Under the pieces are notes generated by a model. That model made no database searches, was not told where the DNA came from, and saw nothing but the letters and a program-made list of their open reading frames with translations. DNA of 64,000 bases, taken from Laetmonice hystrix. Its lineage: Eukaryota. The DNA lies in the NCBI GenBank assembly GCA_965235115.1, contig OZ249436.1:42596001-42660000 (forward strand), in the 5' to 3' direction. A program made the translations under genes and the position numbers. Below are positions 28,050-37,000 of the stretch, piece by piece (the stretch's first letter is position 1; each line of letters starts with the position of its first letter).

Positions 28050-30185
28050 CTAGACACGTTGTGGCGATACCACAATTGATCCCATCCCCGGGGAGTCACG
28101 TGATATATGACTTCCTATTCCTGTTCAATAGTAACCATGGCTCAATCTTTCACCGTTTACGAGTTGGAGGCTTAGGAAAATAATGTTAATATCATTATAA
28201 TCTCATACGTCATGATCCTGCTTTCATGCAGGCTCAGATCCAGTACCGCGAACATGGGCGCGGGGGGGGGGACTTGAATTTAGAAAGTCAAAGAACGTTA
28301 CTTCTGGAGCTAGATGTGAAGTTTCTCAAAGTATTTCAGGCGCATGTAGGGGTCCGGGGGTTGGACCCCCTCTCCTGCTCCCCCAGAGCATAGATTCATT
28401 TTTCCTTAGATTCAGCGGGACACCATCGAACGAACAGGTGCAAAGCATTCTGCCTATTTTAAACTGGTTGAGTGATGAATAGGCCTACACAAAATATAGT
28501 GCACTAAATGGGTCCATAAAAGGCTTCTAATTTAAAAAAAAAACATTTCGGCGACCACCCTGCTGAAAATCCTAGATACGTGGCTGTATTTAGACCTAGC
28601 CTAAAAATAATGTCAATTCTTTAAAAAGAAAGAGTGCAGATACGCCCCTGACATGTCGAAAGGGATCATAGAGATCTACTGCATGGTATATCTACCTATT
28701 TTGATATATTAATCATTGTGGAAAGATACATTAAAATCGTAATTATATCTAGAGACTCTGATTGCCAAGCAATACAGGTAGGTCCCATTTCCCGAATGGT
28801 TTTCTATCATTACCTATATTTTTCTCTCATTTAATTATTGTCCCAACAATAGCGTCATTTCCATTCACATGGAAGTTACTAAGTATTCTTTTGACATTAT
28901 GAAATATTATAGTCCTGATGGATTATATGGATTATACCCGTTACGGGCATCATGACAAATATCACAGACTCAAGAACAATAGGTGCGAATGCCATCCACA
29001 CCAGGCTGTTGGCTCACGCTGAAACCAAGTGCAGCTGGCCAAAAGTTTGCCGTGTCTCTTGAACTCCACAGCCAACAATCAGTAGTAGCCTAGTGTTTTA
29101 TTCAGCTCTCCTATGTAAGATTTAAAAACAAATGCATTAGACAGTTATATCTACAGTTCAAAGGCACAGCTAATTCAGTTATGTCAGTTCTGAATACACA
29201 ATCATCCTCCACCAAACCGACCCTGACTGGGAGGGAGGGGGCGGAGTCACAACCCGCCTGCCGACCCGGCCGCCTGGCCGGCCCTTATCACCAGCGCTTA
29301 CGTAACCCTCTGCCGACCCTGGCTCTGGCCTCCCAGCAGGTGATTTGTGTATTCAGAGATGCCACCTGTCAGAGTGTAAAAATATTATAGTGAAGACTAT
29401 ACCCATTAAAACTTACAATTCTGGCCATATTACCTTTCCAAAACAAGAACTAAACAGTCAGTGGTATACCTGAATCTATACACTTTGTAATTGTTGTATT
29501 TGTATATGGCTATCTTAAACAGGTTTAAGGTAGAGCCTGTCAACGTCAGATTACATTATTTCATCATAAATAAAAAAAATATTGGTAAATTTATGAAAAG
29601 AAATATGCAAAGTGACCAATCGTCAATAGCAGCACATATCTAGTGACCAAATACACGATTCCTATATGACTAAAGCAGTTTTAGAAAAAAATGTCAAAAG
29701 TGACAAACTTCAAAGTCACGTGGTTCGGCGAAAATAGGTCAAATCGCTAATCCTTGGAATCGTATTGTGAACCTTTCGTTAGAGAGTGTTTTTGCCGAAT
29801 ATTGTCGAATTTTACAAAATAATAGAGAAGGAGAAGCAATTTAACCGATTTGTGACCAATGACCCAGTTCACCCTAAGGTCAAAGGTCAAAGGTCAAATC
29901 AAGACTTAAATTGAGGCAGCACCTTTGGCCGATTATGAGGGCATGACGGGTTTTTAAAAAAAATTCCCAATATGAGCTTAAAAATGGCTTCAATTTTCAT
30001 AATACGTTTGACGTCATCACGTCATGACGTGACGTTACATGACGTCAGGATTCGATGCCTGACCATACTTTGTCATTGTCAAGATGTGTGCCAAATTTCA
30101 TTTTGATATTTTGAAAATTGACTGAGATAGACATACAAGTTTACTACTACTACTACTACTACTACTACAACTACGACGCCAAAAA
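28050..30185 (-). mobile_element. HINE-like copy B body (middle; head 33928-33989)
   Basis: Same termini as copy A. The interior at about 28110-29390 is shorter and diverged, and lacks the CCCTAA MITE. Confidence 0.88.
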
Positions 30186-30271
30186 CTAGACACGTTGTGG
30201 CGATACCACAATTGATCCCATCCCCGGGGAGTCACGTGATATATGACATGTTCTGAGTAGGGTAAACTATG

Positions 30272-30638
30272 CAGGCCCGTAGCCAGCCTTCCAGGTGGGG
30301 GGGGGGGGGGTCTGGACTTCGATGGGTGGAACAAGGTATGGTTGGGCAGTCTAGGACAGGGCCGTAGCTAGAAATTTCTGAGTTGGGGGGGGGGGCAGTC
30401 CTGGGTGGATCCATGAGAAGGCGAAGGCAGAAAAAAATAGATCCCCCATTAAATCCCCCAGAAAAAATTAGAAATTACTGGGCCAAATACGCGTTTTCCT
30501 GGCATCTGGGAAATAAATCCAAGGTTTTCCAGAGCCTATCCAGCACTAAAGGGTGGAACAAAATCTTAGGGATGGGCAACTGGGGGGGGGGGGTCGTCCG
30601 ACCCCCACGACCCCCCCCCCCCTCTGGCTACGGGCCTG
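30272..30638. mobile_element. 367-bp hAT-like MITE
   Basis: Perfect 15-bp TIR CAGGCCCGTAGCCAG / CTGGCTACGGGCCTG with a 5-bp TSD CTATG. The empty site AAACTATGGCTCG is present in copy A (~24748). Confidence 0.92.
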
Positions 30639-31187
30639 CTATGGCTCGATCTTGCACAGTTCATGACTTATAAGCTTTAGAAGATGCCAATTATGAGGAG
30701 ACACGTCATACTACGTAATAAATCTTGGTCTCAAATGAAAGAGCATTCCGGCTATTTTGAACTGGTTGAGTGATGAATCCATAAAATATAATGCCCTAAA
30801 ATGGCCCCTAAAAGGCGGGAAATCTCTTCTAAGAGCTTTTAATTTTTAAAGACTTCCCGTGACCCCTCTGCTGAAAATCCTGGACCCGGGGCCAGCCAAA
30901 CAATAAGTTTTTGTCAATTCTTCAAAAAAAAAAGAGTGGGGGTATAGAGGGATGTGCCCACGCCCGGCGGCGCCGGTCGGCGCTCTCTCTCTCCTCCTTC
31001 TCCCCTAGTCTCTCTCTCTCTCTTGGTGCTCTTCCCCTCGTTCACGTTTTTGCCCCAGTCCCAGTCTAAAGGATGGCCACTGGTCATTGGCCAATGGCCC
31101 ACGTCCAATTAACTGACCGCCCCTGACCGGCTCATTTGATTGAGAGCTGCCGCCCGATGGCTGGCATGTTATGTGACTGAGAAGGTA

Positions 31188-32330
31188 CCTACGAAAGCCC
31201 AGAAGGATCATTCGAGATTCGAAATTCGAAATTCGAGATTCAATATCTGAATTTCGAGATTCGAAATTCGAGATTCAATATCCAAAGTAACCAATCGGGA
31301 GTACGCTTCTATATTATAACACGACCAATGAAATGTCGTGTGACATATTAATCACTCTGGCAAACGGAAAGGGTAACAGGGAGGGGACAATCCCCTATGG
31401 GTTAGAGTTAATGTTAGGTTTAGGGTTAGTTATATTTGGTTTTATGTCTCCTATGGGTTAAGGTTAAGGTTAGGTTTAGGGTGGGTTAAGGTTAAGGTTA
31501 GGTTTAGGGTTAGTTATATTTGGTGTCAGTTTTATCCGTATTCCTGTGTAGCGTATTGTGCAGCGTGTCTGGCTAATAATCAGAGGGTTCTGACTCGTGG
31601 GTTCGAACCCCAGTGTAACTGTGGTTTTTTTCACCCCTCATTTTTCACAAAGGGTTAACGTTATATTTAATAAGGACAGGGAATATTACAAAACTTTTAA
31701 AAACTGTTTGTGGGATTCAGGGTTCGTGATATATACTATGTTAGTGATATATAGGCCTACTATAGACTAATAGCAGTTTAATAAAACGCGTCCCCTGGGA
31801 AACAGGCCACATATATGTGTAACACACAATACGCACAAGATATTGCCTGTAATATACACACATTATTGTGGATATAAGTTTATACACCTGTGAATCCACG
31901 ACGGTGTGTGTATACACGGGTATACGCACAAGGTCGTGCGTACACGAAACAGTGAGCACGACCTTGTGTATATTGACTGATATGTCGGCACAAGTCAGCC
32001 GGTGGCCAAATGGTCCGGGCGTAGGTACTTCCCTTCCATAACGCTATGGACTAGACCTGATCACACCCGAGCGATAATATTTTTTCTTACCCGTGACGTC
32101 ACGGCCATTACCCCACATGAGCCGATATGTCCACGATCTTGTGCGTATAGACGCAACCTTTCATTGGTCACGAGGCACCTGATTTTGAGAGCTTTCCTCT
32201 GATTGGTTACTTTGGATATTGATTCTCGAATCTCGAAATTCAGATATTGAATCTCGAATCTCGAAATTCAGATATTGAATCTCGAATTTCGAATCTTGAA
32301 TCTCGAATGATCCTTCTGGGCTTTCGTAGG
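31188..32330. mobile_element. ~1.14-kb MITE with long, internally repetitive TIRs
   Basis: CCTACGAAAGCCCAGAAGGATCATTCGAGATTC...CCAATC at the left end and its reverse complement at the right (~110-130 bp, built of TTCGA(G/A)A heptamers). The empty site GAAGGTACATC is in copy A (~26442). TSD is TA or GTAC (ambiguous). Internal GGTTAG/GGTTAA repeats at ~31398-31515. Confidence 0.93.
31542..31632 (+). pseudogene. Degenerate tRNA-Ile(AAT)-like / SINE-head sequence inside the MITE
   Basis: A-box-like TAGCGTATTG, anticodon arm TCTGG-CTAATAA-TCAGA (anticodon AAT at 31575-31577), B-box GGTTCGAACCC, then T8 at 31625-31632. No convincing acceptor stem. Confidence 0.55.
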
Positions 32331-32687
32331 TACCTCTTCTAAACAGTCCTTAAGTATTTCTCAAAGAGCGTTCCCCTTGTCCCTCCGCAGACCCGCTCAA
32401 GTGATGGTTGCACACCGTTCGTTCACTTCTATCTCTCGCCAAATTTTAGCCAACACGTAGTCATACATCATGAAACTTTACCAATAGGTGCGAATGTCAT
32501 CCACACCAGACTGTTGGCTCAGGCTAAACCAAGTGCAGCTGACCAAAAGCTTGTCGTGTCACTTGAACTCCACAACCAACAATCAGTAGTATTGTTTTAT
32601 TCAGCTCTCCTACATAAGATTCAAAAACAAATGCATTAGGCAGTTACACCTACAGTTCAAAGGCACAGCTAAGCCAGTTCTGAATAC

Positions 32688-32898
32688 AGGTATATCGCCC
32701 ATGATAACTTAAACTCCACGAAATTTGGTGGAAAGGAAAGATCCATGGCCCTGACCTTATCCCTAGCCCCTAACCCCTAACCCCAGTTCCTACACCTCCC
32801 CAAAACATATCCCTGTCCTATCCCTATCTCTATCCCTGACATTAACCCTAACCCCTGCCCAAACATTTCGTGGAAAGTTATCGTGGGGGATAGAACCT
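32688..32898. mobile_element. Same CCCTAA-core MITE at the equivalent site in copy C
   Basis: Same TIRs and flanking GAATAC as 26857-27074. Confidence 0.85.
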
Positions 32899-33865
32899 GA
32901 ATACGCAATCATATTCCTCCCTCACTGGGAGGGAGGGGGGAGTAGGCCGGCCGGCCGGCCCTTATCACCAGCACTTACGTAACTCTCTCCCGGCCTGGCC
33001 AGGGACCGGCGGCCGCATCACAGTGGGAGATCTGTGTACTCAGAGATGCCAACTGTCAGACGGCAAAAATATTATTGTGAAGACTATACCCATTAAAACT
33101 TAAAATTCTGGCCATATTACCTTTCCAAAACAAGAACTAAACAGCCAGTGGTATACCTGAATCTATACACTTTGTAATTGTTGTATTTGTATATGGCTAT
33201 CTTAAACAGGTTTAAGGTAGAGCCTGTCAACGTCAGATTACATTATTTCATCATAAATAAAAAAGATATTGGTAAATTTATGAAAAGAAATATGCAAAGT
33301 GACCAATCGCCAATAGCAGCACATATCTATTGACCAAATACACGATTTCTATATGATTAAAGCAGTTTTAGAAAAAAATGTCAAAAGTGACAAACTTCAA
33401 AGTCACGTGGTTCGGTGAAAATAGGTCAAATCGCTAATCCTTGGAATCGTATTGTGAACCTTTCGTTAGAGAGTGTTTCTGCCGAATATTGTCGAATTTT
33501 ACCAAAAAATAGAAAAGGAGAAGCAATTTAACCGATTTGTGACCAATGACCCAGTTCACCCTAAGGGCAAAGGTCAAAGGTCAAATCAAGACTTAAATTG
33601 AGGCAGCACCTATGGCCGATTATGAGGCCATGACAGGTTTTTAAAAAAATTCCCAATATGAGCTTAAAAATGGCTTCAATTTTCATAATACGTTTGACGT
33701 CATCACGTTATGACGTGACGTCACATGACGTCAGGATTCGATGCCTGACCATAATTCGTCATTGTCAAGATGTGTGCCAAATTTCATTTCGATATTTTGA
33801 AAATTGACTGAGATAGACATACAAGTTTACTACTACTACTACTACTACAACTACGACGCCAAAAA

Positions 33866-34051
33866 TAATACAGAAGACGAAACCACACAATTTCTAAATC
33901 CCATCCCCTCCGTAGGGGATGGGATAATAATACAGAAGACGAAACCACACAATTTCTAAATCCCATCCCCTCCGTAGGGGATGGGATAATAATACAGAAG
34001 ACGAAACCACACAATTTCTAAATCCCATCCCCTCCGTAGGGGATGGGATAA
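33866..34051. repeat. Three identical 62-bp tandem units (stacked element 5' heads)
   Basis: TAATACAGAAGACGAAACCACACAATTTCTAAATCCCATCCCCTCCGTAGGGGATGGGATAA at 33866, 33928 and 33990. Each contains the hairpin ATCCCATCCCC-TCCGTA-GGGGATGGGAT. Confidence 0.97.
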
Positions 34052-37000
34052 TAAAGAAAGGAGGAAGAAAATATCTCACACTGAACGGATAAAGAGCAAG
34101 CTGGTGTTTGCACCTCTTGTGGAAGTTCGCCTTTGGTAATGGAAGGTGAATAACATGAAGTGCTCTCCGTTTGCCTTGAATCCGTCACATTAAATCCGAC
34201 CACAAACACAGAGGAGTTGTTACTCTACGTGTGCACTGAACAACCCCTCCAGTTTGCTCGGAGTCCACCGTTAAAAAGGTCCACACAATCCCAACATCTG
34301 GAAGAACGTAACCCTTTACAAACACCTTAAATAGATCAAGGAACTGCCTCGAATTACGCCAATGGAAGTGAGGCGGAATGTAATTTAGCAAACAGCGTGG
34401 GCCCAAAGTGATGCAATTTGGCATCAACTGACTGCAATTTCCTCCCCGAGGGGCGTGAGATTTGGCGTGTGTGACTGACCTCAAGAGGGGAAATCACCCT
34501 TTATAGAGTCCACCTTGCAAGGTTAGACCCGCCCCAGCCAGCCAATTCCTTGATGGCAGGCCAGCCGCTGATATCCGAATCTTCATTGAAGAGGGTAAAA
34601 CAGTGAGAGAGACAGGAGCAGCCCGCAGGAGGATGACAGAGGGGGACAGCTGCCGCCCTGGAGGGACCCCCTTATTGCGAGCAGAGTGTGCCACAAGATG
34701 GACTGAAAGCCTACAGCAGCTGGTACTCTCTACACAGCTGAAAACTGTATCCAAAATCTGCAGCCATTCTTTTGACTTTTTCTTGAAAGCCGTCAAATAA
34801 GAAATTGGGGGGAGGGGTCAAAGCAATGGGGAAATGCCGCTTCAACAAATCAACATCATAAGAAAGACTCACCGAAAAATGGGCATACACTTTTTCGAAA
34901 CATATTTGGAACATAAATTCAAGGACACTAGGCCCCATATCCAAAACACTTAAAAGACACACACAGAACATAACGTGAAAATCTGGATTCCTATTTCCAT
35001 AAAACATCTAAAATACCTTGAGGACGGCCGCATTGGCAGTCTGACCTGCAGTCTGCACATCTGCGGCCCAATATATACCTGACCGTATAGACACTGACCA
35101 CTGTTTAACTTTGACAAATACACCGAACGCCTCGTCATTGCATTTCAACATGAAAATTGATGAGGGGGGTGGGTAAAGATACTCCCCCAACCCTTCCAGG
35201 GTCACGCCCCTCGCCCAAACTTGTAAACCCTCATATCCCCGACACTTGCCGCCCCCCATACTGGCCATACCAAACCTCTCTCACACAACAGGATTCACAC
35301 ACCCCACATCATCATTTCTGTCAAAATAACTTCTCCCTGGAAAAGTAATGCTTGGGTAACGCTGCTGGTCAAGTTGAGGGCGGGAACTAGTGACACACAT
35401 CTGTCAGTGGGGAGATAGTCAGGGTGTCGTATTTCCTTACGTTTGATAGAACGGTTAGCGGCATACGCAATCCATGACACCCCCCCCCCACCCCACCCCA
35501 CCCCCACCCCCAGCCTGGATGTATGCGAGCAACGGCAGATATTATACCCCCGGAACCGCACAGTTTCTCATATGTTGAGGTCTAATTAGGTTCAGAGTCA
35601 TGAAGATTTTTCTGGGGCCAGCCAGGTGGGCAGCCCAATATCAACATGTCCCCAGCGTCGGTGTAGCTGACCCGACACGTCCAGACTTCACGGTAAACAG
35701 TGGACGGACCAGGTGACTCAAACCCCGGCGGCCGGTCAGAACGTGCCAGGCCCACCCTCCCACCTCACCACACCGGTCAGTACACAGCAACGTTTACCAG
35801 GAAAAGACCTTCAGCTGTTTGCCATAGGTTGACACCTTTGCTCTTTACTTCTTATTTTCTGAGGGCAAACGAGAATGTCCAGTCCAAGAAACACTAAAGG
35901 CTTGAACCATGCTATAAACAACAAACCTAGTGATACAGATATATACTGGGCTGTGTTATTTTATAAGTGACTCACAGAATCCTGATAAACTAAAAGCAGA
36001 CCCACATTGTTTGTCAAGTACTTCGCCATTATAAGCTAAGAGTCAACAAGCGTGGACTTTCCACACTTCATGCTGTGTTTGAAATCTACCAGCCGGTCAC
36101 TGGTCATTGTCAACTGCCCACTCATTCATATGACCCAGCATTACCCTCAGGTTGCCATGGTAATCGGGTCTTCCTAGAAGCAGATGCTGCGTCCATGACA
36201 AGAGCCCATTTAATGTTTCTAGGAGGCCATGAATCTCACCTGGCCATATGGCTAACCATGCTCTGTGGCCTCTATTATAATCTGACAGTATTGTTTGACG
36301 TGCTGTTCCCCACAGGTGCCGTGACGATGATGGGCCCTCAGGTTCAGTGACCAGGCCGTTCCGTTATGTGAGGTACCCGCAGGAGTTTTACGGCAACCAC
36401 CCGCCTCTCCCCCCACTTATAACACGTATACTGCCGACGTTCTGCCATCCATCGCTAGCCTCACCTGACACGTTATGATGGGTGCTGTGCGTGCCGTACA
36501 AATAGCTAACAACTGCCGTCAGGGTCTGGCGATGTCATGGTCCTGGCGGCCCGTGCCGCGCAGCCAGGCACCCTGCGGTCACAATACCAATAGGCACTTT
36601 AAAGGCCAGACCCTTATGTGGTTTAGAAGAATATTTTTGTAACCGATTTCTTTTTGCTTTCCATTCCTACTCGGCCCAGCACTTGGAAAATCATCTGTCC
36701 CGACATGATCATGGTGTAATATGGGTATGGTTTCTTTCCTGACTTACTAAATCAATCAAATTTGAGAGAACTGTGGTTTTGATCTTAACTATGCAAGTTG
36801 TTCGCCAGTAAAACAGCCCAAGAAAAAAATACCTGGGTTTTTGCGTGGCGAGAAGACAGCCCTTTTTCTTCCTTTTCTATTTGATAAGAGGAGCAATTGA
36901 AGAAGATCAGGTGATAATTTAGGATATATAGAACACGGGTGACTGAACAGCACTGTCTACCATACGGGCCCGTCGCTATTATTCTGAACCAGACGACCCC

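Larger units (their letters stand above)
30186..33927 (-). mobile_element. HINE-like copy C (innermost, both termini contiguous)
   Basis: The only copy whose body runs directly into its head (GACGCCAAAAA-TAATACAG...GGGATAA). Carries two extra MITEs and internal deletions relative to A. Confidence 0.88.
24664..34051 (-). mobile_element. Composite of three nested non-autonomous Helitron/Helentron-like (DINE-1/HINE-type) elements
   Basis: On the minus strand the 5' end is TT, subTIR ATCCCATCCCC, a nearby inverted copy GGGGATGGGAT, then a (GTA)n microsatellite. The 3' end is subTIR GGGGATGGGAT, stem-loop TTGTGG-TATCG-CCACAA and terminal CTAG. No clear TSD. No Rep/helicase ORF. Confidence 0.88.

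Noticed and set aside
31542..31620. Functional tRNA-Ile gene
   Set aside because: Acceptor and D stems do not pair convincingly and the variable region is extended. Kept only as a pseudogene-like cassette.
33866..34051. Palindromic direct repeats resembling a CRISPR array
   Set aside because: Units are identical and contiguous with no unique spacers. The context is eukaryotic, there are no cas genes, and they are explained as stacked transposon heads.
24664..34051. Interpretation as an LTR element, segmental triplication or rolling-circle concatemer
   Set aside because: No TG...CA LTRs, PBS or pol remnants. The bodies differ structurally, and the heads are clustered at one end rather than at each junction.
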